Assembly: GCF_964355755.1 (NCBI RefSeq) | Contig: NC_092673.1 | Coordinates: 5,208,001 to 5,272,000, forward strand | Direction: 5' to 3' | From: Antedon mediterranea | Lineage: Eukaryota; Animalia; Echinodermata | DNA length: 64,000 bases | Shown here: positions 52,201 through 64,000 of the stretch, piece after piece | Layout: every line of letters starts with the position of its first letter | Position numbering within the stretch: the first letter of the stretch is position 1 | Program-made: the position numbers and the translations under genes | The notes under the pieces: generated by a model | The model's database searches: none | What the model saw: only the letters and a program-made list of their open reading frames with translations | What the model was told of the DNA's origin: nothing

Positions 52201-55200
52201 TTTATAAATGTTATTATTAAAATAAAATATTTTGCAAATTGTTTTTACATTTATACAAAAATGTTTTATAATTTCTCCCAAGAAAAATAGAAAATCAAAC
52301 AGTAGTGATAAAGAATGTATCAGTTATAATTATGTACAGTATAGGTTCAAGGTTACTACAACAGAATCCAACTTTGGGACATCCCTACAGTGTACACCTC
52401 TCACCTATGCTCTATTGAAGAGACATTTTCCTGTTCAAAGGAGGGATATGATTTAACCTTACATCTATTCAAGAGACACCCTATTAACAGGACACTTTCT
52501 TTGGTACTTAAAGTGTCCCCTTACTAGAGGTTCAACTATGTAGTTCTGCTACGTTTCAGCCATGGATTTACTCTTCCCTGGGATTACGGTGGACTACAAT
52601 AGCTTCAATCCGACTCTTGACTGCTTCCTTATATCATAATTCTACTTGGATCTCTATCTTTACGAGTGTAAACCTCTGTCTACACTATCAAACTAGATTG
52701 ACAAAAAAAGTGTGATGTGCCCATGTGGTAGTGATACGCTTAAATATGGTAATGATATGACATTATCATGTCCATATTTGAGCACATCACATTTTTTGTC
52801 GCATAAAGTTTGATAGTGTAGACAGAGCTTAAGTTAAAGTGTCTTTTCTATCCATTATATATGGATTAAGAGGCTTAACAAAGCTCATTAGTTCATTAAC
52901 AATAACAACTTCAATTATTAAAAATATTTGATATGTTACCTGTGCTCGTTCACGATGCTCTTTCTCACGCTGTAACTTCTGCCATTCCCTTTCTTTTTCC
53001 TCCAGTTCCTTCCTTTTCATTTCTTCCTGTACTCGTTTATCATCCTTACCCTGTGGGTAGATCAAATTAAATCATAAGTGAAACTCATTTAGAAAAGTCT
53101 TTATAAGGCGATTATCCCTTAACAACACAATGTACTTTGCTAAGGAACTGCATTGATCTAATCAGGATATGTTCATTGCAACTCAAGGAAATCATAACCA
53201 GTTTATTCATAGTGAAAATAATATGATGGTTGGGTGCAATAACATTCTCATGTGAATGTATATACACAAAGATCAAATTGATGAATGAAGTGTGAAATAC
53301 AGTAGATTCAAGAAATTTTATTTTGGTCCACTTTAAAATGGAAATTTGTTTTGCTTGGCATAATTAAGACAATAAACAACAAAGAAAAATACATCAAATT
53401 GCAAATGGCAATGTTAAAATACTATTAAAATACTGAACCTCTAAAGAAGACACCTTCATGACCAAACAAAATGTCACCTTAATAGGGATGTCACCCAATA
53501 GGGGATGTCACCTCAATAGGGGTGGATAGGGGGGAGGGGGGGTCACCTGAATAGACATTTACTGTAGTGTTGAAATATTGCCCCTTTTTATTTTCATGAG
53601 AAAGTGTCCCCTTTTTAATCCCTTCCTTTAATAGGTGTCCCCTGAATCTCCCAAAGGAAAGATTCTAACTGTATATATGTAGTAACCGTACTGTAAGACC
53701 TTCTAAGCTTCTGTAGTGTAGGTGGAAGAGGATGTTGAAATGTAGATAGGAAAACAGGCTTACAGTATTTTATTAGCAAAACAACAATTTGTGACTGTAA
53801 AGATTAAAGACTTGGAACACTACCAATTGTGTCCAACTGAATATCCTTATTAATTTGACAAATACATAATTTTAAAAACATACCTAAACAGAGAGCTTTC
53901 CAATGTTTGCACTTTAATAAATTGTAAAGAGTACAACAATCCTACTGTACAAGTAAATGCTATTCTTCACAGATAGTGTAATAATAGTAAAACTGTATTT
54001 GATATGGTGAATGGTGGATAATATAGTTGAAAACAGGTCCAAAGGTGTGTGTATATAGTAGAAGCTTAGCTAGAATCTAAAGGTCACATATTCAATTAAT
54101 TTCTGCAATAGAGACAAATGGTGTTTGCAATTTTAAGTCCACCATCATAGAGAAGTCAACAACACAAATATAGCACAAAATGACTAATAAGCCAATTCAA
54201 AAACTAATTAGGTCTCTTATTAACAACTTGTTCATTAACACACCATTGGGCAAGGGAGCTTCTCAAAAGTTTAATTAATTGGAAACATCTGATTATAAGC
54301 AGACAAATAAACACGTTGGCGTAAATGATGAGGCTACGTGTTACATATCTGTGTAAATCAATACCTAAGCTCATATTGTAACTGGCAGGATTGTTCTACA
54401 CGCGTCTCATTTTTAATTCTTTTGTGAAAAATTAATCACACGATGAAATAACAGATTCAGCCCTAAAAATAAACCAACACAATACCTTCTCTTTTCAATG
54501 TGTGTGATTCATGGTCGTCTAATTGCAATTAAAACAATAGGTTAGCTGAAACTAACACAACACTTGTGATTTATTATTACACATATTTACACAATGCTGT
54601 GTAAACTGGTATCCTTGGGCATTTTGTATTGTTTATCTAGAATATTATTTATTTTATCGCATTTTTATATGCCATATCAAATATGATTTATTCATTGCTA
54701 CAACTTATAAAAACAAACTATATTATTAAAGCCAATGTTTAATAACAATTTGATACCATTTGTTCTGTCTATGTTTTTTACAGTGAGAAATGATATTTAT
54801 GGTCGAGCTTAATAACAAATAATTTGTTTTAATGATGCGCCATTGACATTGACAAAAATATTATTCTATGTCTGCTCATAAGTTGATATATATTTTTTGT
54901 TTCTCTTTGTTATCATTATAATATGGATTTTCAATTATCTTAATTTAATATAAGTTTAATTAGTTTCTATCTAAATTTGATTGCCCGGAAACAAATAAAA
55001 AACTTAACTATGTAATACCGTTGTTTTTTTTAATAGAAATGTTTTTTTCGTAACAGAGATACAGAATTATAACGGAAGTTCATCCTGAACAAATATTGTC
55101 TGTTTTTTATTTAAACTGATATAACACGACCTTGGAATATATGACTAGTAGTCATTCAAGGGAAACTTACAAATTACCATTTTAAAATAAATTAATTTTA

Positions 55201-58200
55201 AATAGTTGTTTCCTTGTGAATATAAAACAAGGTTGTCAATCAATCAATTAGAAAACAGTAGTTAGTTAGTAGTGTCCTGTAATATAAAACAAAAGCAACA
55301 CTCTTCAGAATTACGTTTGAATAAACCATGAATAATATAATGACAAACATAACACTTCTCCCTCCCATGCAACGACTACCCAACTTCCTCTTGCAACCCG
55401 CCCTTTCTCCATCTTGAAACTATTCTTTTCTCGCTCTTGCAACCCACCCTTTCTCGCTCTTGCAACCCATTTTTTCTCGCTCTTGCAAGCCGTCCTTTCA
55501 CCCTCTTGCAACTCATCCGTTCTCTCTTTTGCAACTCATCCTTGCAACCCACCTTTTCGACTTCTTGCAACCCGCCCTTTCTCCCTCTTGCAACTCGCCT
55601 TTTCTTCCTCTTGCAAACCATATTTTCTTCCTTTTGCAACCCGCCTTTTCTCCCTCTTGCAACCCGTCCTTTCATCCTCTTGCAACTCATCCTTTCTCTC
55701 TTTTGCAACTCATCCATGCAACCCACCCTTTCTACTTCCTGCAACCCGCCCTTTCTCCCTCTTGCAACTCATCCTTTCTTCCTCTTGCAACCCGTATTTT
55801 CTTTCTCTTGCAACCCGCCTTTTCTCCCTTTTGCAACCTGTCCTTTCTCCCTTTTGCAACCTGTCCTTTCTCCCTCTTGCAACTCATCCTTTCTCCCTCT
55901 TGCAACTCATCCTTTCTCCCTCTTGCAACTCATCCTTTCTCCCTCTTGCAACTCATCCTTTCTCCCTCTTGCAACTCATCCTTTCTCTCTTGCAACCCCC
56001 CATTTCGCCCTCTTGCAACCCGCCTTTTCGCACTCTTGCAACCTGTCCTTTCTCCTTCTTGCAACCCACCCTTTCGCATTCTTGCAACCCACCCTTTCGC
56101 CCTCTTGCAACCCACCCTTTCACCCTCTTGCAGCCGCCCTTTCTCCCTCTTGCAATTCATCCTTTCACCTCCTTGCAACTCATCCTTTCTCGCACTTGCA
56201 ACTCGCCATTTCTCTCTATTGCAACTCAACCCTTCTTATAACTTTTTTTTGCAACTTAGATCTCCTCCGTCCTCTTTTTCAACTTTTTCATTTTGCAATG
56301 CTGAACACCCTGTTTACACCAGAGCTAGCACAGTGAATGCACATGAACAAAGAAATCTGTCTGGTATAGACTGACACCCAAGTCACATTACCCATATCAA
56401 TAAAGTATTGTTATGTCAACGAAATTATGAGGTCATCCTTTGTATGACCTAGTGCTTAACAGCTGAAACAGCAATTAAGGGATCATCCCAACTTCCAAGG
56501 TTGAAACATAAACATACAAAATCATTAAATTAAAGCTTTTTCCTGTATTTAACCTGGATAATTGGTAGGATGTTTAGGCTTTTTGACCTTATGTGAGTCA
56601 CCCAGGAACAGATAGAACAACCATCAGGCATTGATACAACTATTTAATAGTAAATAATTAATTATGGTTATGTATTTCAATATAGGTACTTAGGTCATTC
56701 ACTAGCTGTATGAAACTAATTACTAATTAAATAAGCAAAGCTTTAATCAAATATTTACTTTATGATTTATTACACTTTCACTTCCGCTAATTAATTTCAA
56801 TTATTTTCTTTCTACATTCATAATTTTATATAATTTTCTTACATGCATAATTAATGAAAGCAACCTAGTTTTTTTATGAGGTATTTAAATTTTAAATGAA
56901 AACTAAACTCATATATGTCAAGGTCGATTTTCATATTTAGTTTACCTAACAGTATCTCAAATGTATGATACTACAGTAAAAGAATTTACTTTTTAATCAC
57001 TAAAAATTATTATTTTTCTTATTATAATAATGATAAATATTTATTAATATTAAATTTTCATCTGTAGTAGTTGATGGGTTTAAAATTTATAATTTAATAA
57101 CATTCATCAATTCTAAAAATAAAATGATTTGACCTGTAAGGCCGTATAGTTAATATGCAAATACAAAATAATACAGTCTACATTATGTAACTACACAAAA
57201 CGCTTATTAAACGCAAAAGGTCTTGCATATGTTGAAACTTAATTTATTTACTAAGTTTGCGCCTTGGACCAATTATTGTTAAATTTGGTGGGTAGTTAAC
57301 CAACTTAATTTCAGCCCACCCCTAAATTACTAAGCCTGAATGTGCCAATTGTGTCTCTGTTTCCAATCACAAATTGATTATATGATAATAATATTCAATT
57401 TGTACATTACACTATACATTAATTATTATCAAGACATTATGACCGTGGAATGAGTCAAAATGAGCCTGGGAGGAGTTGCAAGCATCAAGTGTTGCAAGTC
57501 ACAGCAATTCTGTCAAAGCTTATTGGGTTGATTGTTGCTATCCAAGGTCTCGTAAGCTTATTTTATGATCCTAAGGCCATGTTTATATTAAAACTGTTAA
57601 TGAGATAGTTCTAAGACTTATAGATAGTACAGGTTGGTAATCTATCAATGCAAAATGTTGGTAATAAAAACAAAGCAATATTAAATCATGTGTACAGAAT
57701 CATATCCTTTAATTGGTTTTCGCCAAGTATTATCAAGGATATGATAATTTTGAGCGGGGGCGGAGGTGGATTAATTGCCCAGCCTAAAATTCTTTCATCC
57801 ACACAAATTTATTTTTAAACTATCTTAGGATGATGACCGTAAACATTGGATTCACAGCCTACATGTTTTCTCCCACTTTGTTTTAGAAATTTTTCTGTAC
57901 AAATGCTGACTAAAGTAACGGCCTTTTAACCAGTTCTTAATAGCTTTCAATTAATTGATTGGTCACCCATTCTTTCTTCTTATCTAGAGTACACATCACA
58001 TAATGTGCAATGCTTTGCTAACAATTTTTCATCTTGCAAACGTAATGAATGGTAAAACGAACTAAAAATTGCATAGCATATAAGAATTTTTCTCCACGAT
58101 AAAACAAGTCTTCTAACCATGCTGGCAGATAGGTGTGGTCGGTGATGGTCTTTTTTTCTATGTTATATCATAGAGTAAATAAATATTATTTTACGTAAAT

Positions 58201-61200
58201 TGTATTATTTATTAATTAAAGTGAACAGTACTTATGTCGGCATCCAAGATAACTTTCTTTTCTTTCTTTTATTCAATTTTTTACACTTCCAAACAAAAAT
58301 ATAAGTTATGTAAAACAATGATAACAGGTATCATAGTAATAAACAATAATCAAACTAATTTTTTTTTAAATATAATATAGAGATACTTGTACTTTAAAAA
58401 AACAGAGAAGTGTGAAAGGAGGTCAAATAAGTATGATACTTTAAGCTTGACCCCCTAACAAGACTGCAGGTTACGGTACATGACAAATAATGTTTAGCCA
58501 TATAGAATAGAAATTTCAGTACTTTCCTTCCATATTTTAGTGTACAGCCAATTATATTTTGTTTACAAGGCTGTCAAAAAAGCATTCCTCTAAAAAAAAA
58601 AACCTTGAAAAATAGTAATAAAGAAAAAGCTGTGAAGCCTGTCACATCAAGGTTGACTATTTATAATGGTTCTATTTGGTTATTAAAGATAACTAACTAT
58701 CTGATCATTGCAAACACCATTGAAAACCAAACCAAATAGAGCCTTGTCACAATAGCAATCAGTAACAATGCTCCATGGTTGGCTAGCTAACCGTTTTATT
58801 CATATTAGCTTGCCGGTGGTAATCGCACTACTACCTAACCAGTTGGCTTTCTTTAAAATCAGTAAAGCGACGGTTAATCAATGGTTTTCTAAGTGATTAG
58901 TAAACTATAATAGAATGTTACTGTTGTTGTTCGCTAAGCAGTAAGGCATAAAAGGGATTATACTATGTGAATTACGTAGTGTGACCTGAATAAAAGATGA
59001 GGTGATTGGCCATACTCAGGGATTTTGATGATTGTATTCAAATTTAAATGCTTAATTAACAAAACACTGTCATTATAATTATACTAAGGTTAAAAGCTTA
59101 CAATTAGCCATGACATAGTTAATTAAAATGAAGTGTTATTAACAAGAGGTTGATCCTGTAATTTAATAGTGATCAGCATTTGTGAAATAACCAAGGGTAC
59201 AGTATCTAGTAGGGTACTTTCAAACAAACAAATTTAGGAATAATTTTGCATTTAAAGTTGTTTATAACATACACCACCTAAATTGTATATTATATGGAAT
59301 GCAATATAAACTGGGTTATGACATTTTATTTTATATCTATTATTAAAATGTAAATGCTTTAACAAGACCAGCAAAGATGAGAATATATATCACAATATTG
59401 GCATGAAATTCCATATCAATAACATTAAAATAATTTTTCTCTGTTACTAGTTCAAACTATATAAATATCCTGATTAACTCATCTGTGATAATTCAGACCT
59501 TTGATTATTTGTGAACCAGGATGTGGTGGTAAATTTATTGACTATTTATTTTTACGATTTAAGTGTAAACATATTTTGTTCAGGTGAGTGTCCGTTCACC
59601 AAATGCGTTTATGGCAATGGTTATGGTCTAGTTTTACAGTACCAAATCAAGGGTTTTTCCCTCAAGTTAATATTAAAAAATATTATGGAAATATCTTAAA
59701 ACTTACTTACAAATTCTAAAGATAAAAAATCCGGTAAAACTAAGAAGAGATGCTAGGTAAAGAATATTTCTTACCGGATGTTCACTTGAGGGTCGTGCTG
59801 GACTAGTGTCCTGCCGCTGGGCTGGTGTACCCTTGGTAATACTTCCACCTTTACTTGACTGCTGGGCTATTATAAACGGTAGAGATAAATTCCGAAGTGA
59901 CTCTTGGAAGTGTTGTTGTACTGCAGCTTTTGGGTCACTCGTGTTAGTTTGGAATTCTTGGTAACGTTTCAATGGTTCGTGCGACGGAGGATTTGAATGT
60001 TGCGCATGCTGCTGTTGTTGTTGTATCTGCTGTTGTTGCTGGTGTTGCTGCAGACGCAACTGATGTTCCATGGACTCGTGAAGAGCACGATGATGGGATG
60101 GAAGCAGCATAGCAAGTCCCGGTTGAACGCCCATCATGGGAGGGCGCTGTAGAACCGACAATTGCGGTTGATGAAAACGAAAGTGGTCTTTCTGAGCTGC
60201 AAGATCGGTCAGTAATCGTGTATGAAAGGATGGATCGAGAGCTGAAAGATGCGGTGAAGCGTAATGTGGCGAAATACCTGGTATGTGAGTGGGGTACAGC
60301 CCGTATTGAGCATACAGATGATGCGCTGCGGCAGCCTGGGCCTGAGCTTGGGCCTGAGCCTGTTGATTCGCATGATGGTGAGCCGGAAGGTGGGACACCG
60401 GTTGTGGAGCAAAGGCACTTGGGGATGGCCCGAGACCAGGCTGAGGACGAAGACTTGAATGTGGGGAAGGTCCTAATGATTGAGACGGAGAAGGTGCGTG
60501 TTCACCTCTATGAATATGCTGATGCTGCACAGAATCAACGTGTATTACATAATTTTCCCTCAAATTTGGGTCGCGGTAAACATGCACAGGTTCTTTTGTT
60601 TCCGTTGCAAGAGAACTGCGATTGCTCTCAGTAGAATGTGATCGTGGCAGTTCACGTTTAAATTCTTTTGCTTCCTCTTTTTCTAAATTCTGTTTTTTCT
60701 CTATAGTTTTATCCCTTTCCTTTGGCTTATGACCATCCAATTTTTCCATATTTATGGCTGACATTTGATCAGTCCTAACATCAGGTGATGAACACGAGGA
60801 TGAATTCATGGCCTCCATGTTAAAGGCTTGCGATACCTCCGCGTTCCTAATGTGTTCAATGACTGTCCGTTTGTATTCAACTGGTTTGTTATGTTCCATA
60901 TGCTCTTTCTGTTTGACCTGGCCGACCCAGGGTGATGAGGCTTCCTTGATTTCAGAAGTGGAGGTAGAATGTACCATGCTAGGTTCTGTACACGTACTAG
61001 AAACTTCCTCGCAACTCGATACTTTTGTCACAGACTCTAATGCAGATTCTTTTTGTTCCTTCTGCTGTACAGCAGTATAGTTGTCTGCAAGAGGGTTTTC
61101 CACACGCTCAATTGTTTGTGGTTCAATAGCGAGCACCGACTCAACTTGTGCGGTATCAAGGACCTGGTTCGTATCTTGAGGTAAGGAAATACTATTATCC

Positions 61201-62611
61201 ACAAAATTGTTTTCCTCTTTGCATATATCTTTCTTTCCCTCTTTATCAATTTTTGCTGGTTTATTTTTATCTCCAGTCCTTTCTTTTGTTTTACTTTTAT
61301 GCTTACTTTTAGATTTCTTTTCCTTTGTTTTCTCTTTTTTCAAAATTGGATCATTTGAGTCTGTTTCAATCTCTTGATTATTTGTCTGAGATTCCTCAGT
61401 CTTTTTTGAACTTTTATTCCTTGACTTTGACTTATCAGAAACTTTTTCCTGTTTATTAACAGTTTGTTTATCAGTTTGTTTATCGTCCTCCTGAACTTCG
61501 GAACTAGTGGAATGCGAACGAGAACGCTTTGCTGGCGCAATTTCCTTTTTGTTCACAGTTTCAATAACTTTTTCCTCGTCAGTTTTTTTCTTACGCTGCT
61601 CCTTTTTAGCCTTAGAATTTGCTGACGTTTTAGTTTCTTTGGTCACTTTTTCTATGGAGAAAACAACATGAAATGTTTCAACAAAAATAGAATAGAATCG
61701 AGAGAAATAATATTAAAATCATAAGTAGCTCATTGCATATCTTTATCATTCCAAATATTGAATGTTTCTGTGTGATATGGGTCAACAACTATTGTTACAT
61801 GCTAGGAAAAAATTACTAATCTAATACCTACAGTACTGTAGTACGGTAGCTCTCTTTTTTATAACCTCCTCAGTGTCAAAAGCTCTTCCCACCTACCCTT
61901 AACTTTTCCCCCCTTAGCCCCACGCCACCGTTGTACTGTAGTACGGTACCTCTCTTCTTTATAACCTCCTCAGTGTTAAAAGCTCTTCCCACCTACCCTT
62001 AACTTTCCCCCCTTAGAGCCACGCCACCGTTTTACTGTAGTACGGTACCTCTCTTCTTTATAACCTCCTCAGTGTCAAAAGCTCTTCCCACCTACCCTTT
62101 TAACTTTTCCCCCCTTAGAGCCACGCCACCGTTGTACTGTAGTACGGTACCTCTCTTCTTTATAACCTCCTTAGTGTCAAAAGCTCTTCCCACCTACCCT
62201 TAACTTTTCCCCCATAGCCCCACGCCACCGTTGTACTGTAGTACGGTACCTCTCTTCTTTATAACCTCCTCAGTGTCAAAAGCTCTTCCTACCTACCCTT
62301 AACTTTTCCCCCCTTAGCCCCACGCCACCGTTGTACGGTACCTCTCTTCTTTATAACCTCCTCAGTGTCAAAAGCTCTTCCCACCTACCCTTAACTTTTC
62401 CCCCCTTAGCCCCACGCCACCGTTGTACTGTAGCTCTACCCTTTATTTATTCTTAACACTAAACATTACCAGGTTGTTTGTCTTTCTCCATGTCCTTTTC
62501 ATCTGGTTGTTTTTGTCCTCTTTTCTTCTTAGTGGATGACGACGTAGAATTCTGATTAGAATTTGCATGACTTGGACTATGACTTCTTGGTACTGACCTG
62601 CTTAATGTGGT
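34025..62611 (-). CDS. KDM3: KDM3/JMJD1-family lysine (H3K9) demethylase, multi-exon, 5'-partial
   Basis: Minus-strand exons 62611-62470, 61651-59775, 53050-52940, 49968-48142, 47790-47718, 46774-46585, 44521-44307, 43721-43569, 43056-42958, 42603-42491, 40939-40268, 39429-39258, 36436-36215, 35775-35641, 34946-34630, 34234-34025 (6528 nt, phase-consistent). Diagnostic motifs: FCRFYAFRR, zinc finger [36 protein letters not shown] (LxxLL), [22 protein letters not shown] (HxD), [44 protein letters not shown]. Confidence 0.95.
34630..34946 (-). CDS. KDM3: KDM3 JmjC exon
   Basis: [23 protein letters not shown]. Confidence 0.95.
35641..35775 (-). CDS. KDM3: KDM3 JmjC exon with the Fe-binding HxD (absent from the ORF track)
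   Basis: [30 protein letters not shown]. Confidence 0.95.
36215..36436 (-). CDS. KDM3: KDM3 exon
   Basis: LKLKDWPP...[12 protein letters not shown]. Confidence 0.95.
37232..37363. mobile_element. PIF/Harbinger (Tourist-like) MITE, representative of a high-copy family
   Basis: TIRs AGCTCTGTCTACACTA / TAGTGTAGACAGAGCT and a TAA target duplication on both sides. Other copies at about 105-217, 1237-1365, 12413-12534, 12659-12829, 14420-14527, 17378-17673, 24905-25028, 35432-35571, 35825-35954, 39066-39228, 41765-41913, 44165-44293, 47197-47393, 52672-52829. Confidence 0.88.
38320..38965. repeat. 35-bp minisatellite, about 18 copies
   Basis: Unit atgacaatgtcacctatatacaactatacacacac. Confidence 0.95.
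39258..39429 (-). CDS. KDM3: KDM3 exon
   Basis: PVLVSGCHK...DLVNCR...FWDGFE. Confidence 0.95.
40268..40939 (-). CDS. KDM3: KDM3 exon with LxxLL
   Basis: [31 protein letters not shown]. Confidence 0.93.
41305..41640. repeat. degenerate about 55-60-bp tandem repeat
   Basis: Recurring cgcagtatgggtt...aaagtcggccgac. Confidence 0.8.
42491..42603 (-). CDS. KDM3: KDM3 exon
   Basis: [24 protein letters not shown]. Confidence 0.9.
42958..43056 (-). CDS. KDM3: KDM3 exon
   Basis: [22 protein letters not shown]. Confidence 0.9.
43569..43721 (-). CDS. KDM3: KDM3 zinc-finger exon
   Basis: [39 protein letters not shown]. Confidence 0.95.
44307..44521 (-). CDS. KDM3: KDM3 exon
   Basis: [19 protein letters not shown]. 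Confidence 0.92.
46585..46774 (-). CDS. KDM3: KDM3 exon
   Basis: [15 protein letters not shown]...KCRECR...FCRFYAFRR. The acceptor could alternatively be at 46750. Confidence 0.9.
47197..47393. mobile_element. Harbinger-type MITE copy with 4 internal 21-bp subrepeats
   Basis: TIRs, TTA/TTA flanks. Confidence 0.85.
47718..47790 (-). CDS. KDM3: KDM3 exon
   Basis: ttacag / G|gtaaga, phase 0 to 1 bridge. Confidence 0.8.
48142..49968 (-). CDS. KDM3: KDM3 large disordered-region exon (609 codons)
   Basis: Long ORF containing the LKKAWLHRH motif; splice sites present at both ends. Confidence 0.9.
52672..52829. mobile_element. Harbinger-type MITE copy
   Basis: TIRs, TAA/TAA flanks. Confidence 0.85.
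52940..53050 (-). CDS. KDM3: KDM3 charged exon ([22 protein letters not shown]...)
   Basis: ccacag / CAG|gtaaca, phase 0-0. Confidence 0.85.
55365..56260. repeat. about 23-bp pyrimidine-rich minisatellite
   Basis: Unit cttgcaactcatcctttctccct with variants. Confidence 0.95.
59775..61651 (-). CDS. KDM3: KDM3 large exon with K/E-rich and Q/H-rich segments
   Basis: Long ORF, VYRDP motif, polyQ; ccatag / CCG|gtaaga. Confidence 0.88.
61833..62432. repeat. about 100-bp tandem repeat, 6 copies
   Basis: Unit gtactgtagtacggtacctctcttc...cccacgccaccgtt. Confidence 0.95.
62470..62611 (-). CDS. KDM3: KDM3 exon (most 5' one visible)
   Basis: tttatag / G|gtaatg, phase 0 to 1 fits the next exon. Confidence 0.8.
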
Positions 62612-63331
62612 CTATAAATAAAACAAATAAAACAAAAATTATAATAAAAAGCAAAAAAATCTAAATTGTAAAAAAAAAAAATCACTGTATACATGTTTGG
62701 ATTTAAACTGAATAACATAGTTATTTAGTTTTTAGTTTATAAAAGTTAGTAAAATATAAATTGAATACTGTGTATACTTCCTTCAAAAGACATTTTTGTA
62801 CTCAGTGCTTCATTAAATAAAATACCTGTATCCACAGAATATATAATTTGTATGCTATATAATCAATTTCTGTTGATGTAAGTATGGGTATTACCAGCAG
62901 CTAAAAATGCACACCATTCTTTATTTGTAGAAGTACTACTGTACAGTACAATGAAATAAATTAAATAATAAATAATAAATTAATAAATTATGTGTTTAAA
63001 TGAATAGTAAAAATCACAATACCAGTAAAAACATCCTAAAAGTTCCTTCACTTTATGATAGCAATCTTTATTTCTTGAAAGAACAAAGCCCTGAGAAATT
63101 AGCTAGTAAAGATGTAGCTAAGGTTGCAATTAATTTTTGTAAAATAATTTAAAATTAATTTATTTTGGTTTTAATTTTAAAGCAGATGTACTTAGAAAGT
63201 GCAATTAAAATGTATCTTCAACAGGATACATCATTTATCTAATAATAGAAGGGACACAATAGATAGCGTAAAAATAAACCTAAACTAGATAATACGACAA
63301 TGATTAAACACACAAAACATCAATTGTTATT

Positions 63332-63467
63332 GACTCTAGTTAAAATAACTATCAAATATTTGTTGTTATTGATTGTCCACTCCCATTAAAATTATTGCCT
63401 AGAAAGACACTCTAGTTAAAATAACTATCAAATATTTGTTGTTATTGATTGTCCACTCCCATTAAAA
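63332..63467. repeat. tandem duplication (about 59 bp identical, period 77)
   Basis: actctagttaaaataactatcaaatatttgttgttattgattgtccactcccattaaaa occurs twice. Confidence 0.9.
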
Positions 63468-64000
63468 ATTAAACATGAAATTGAGCGTGCTTTTATTTTG
63501 GTAATTTGTGCACCTCCTTTGGAGGTTTTGGGACACCAGAAAGATACCTCTATTAAAGGAGCACTCTCCAGTGAAAAGAGCAGTATATAAAACCCCATTA
63601 AGGGGACACTCTGTTGGGTCCTGGAAGTCTCCTCTAATTGGCGGTTTTCACTCCGAAATAAATGGTTAGTAAAATGGGTAGAGTTTACAGTATTTTAAAT
63701 TCCAATGAAATAATTGTACTCTCTTCTCTCAGTTCCATAATGAAAGAAAAAATTGAAAATATATACAATTTTAATTTATAATGAAAAACAAATTTGAAAA
63801 TATGTAATATAATTTTAATAATATAACAATTTTACAAATTTAATATTTCAAATTAACAATTTTTAAAATTAATTATTTAAAGCATACACACAAAATAACT
63901 AATTAACTTTATTTGAACCAAGGTCTTATGTCTTCTATCACCACTATTGATTTGTTTACAAATTATGTGATTTATTTCATTACAAAATTAGCTTCTGAAC

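Noticed and set aside
55311-56374. Overlapping 275-304 aa ORFs in several frames
   Set aside because: They come from a stop-poor 23-bp repeat inside a KDM3 intron.

Overview
AT-rich, intron-containing eukaryotic (animal, probably invertebrate; species cannot be determined) genomic DNA. I can reconstruct three spliced genes with phase-consistent GT-AG exons. (1) A 5'-truncated shootin-1 (SHTN1)-like gene on + (16 exons, 1071-19920). (2) A complete securin (PTTG1-like) gene on + (CDS 22982-26190, 217 aa). (3) A 5'-truncated KDM3/JMJD1-family JmjC histone demethylase on - (16 exons, 62611-34025). Introns carry about 14 copies of one PIF/Harbinger-type MITE, other MITEs, tRNA-derived SINEs and several minisatellites, including a 4.8-kb array between the convergent securin and KDM3 3' ends. 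Two signals stand out. One is an intact type I hammerhead ribozyme with a palindromic stem III, on the sense strand of a shootin intron between two short exons (12106-12150). The other is an 81/77-bp tandem array that amplified a shootin exon end plus its splice donor into 23 copies. Most long ORFs in the repeat regions of the ORF track are artefacts. Gene names rest on recalled family motifs, not on database searches.
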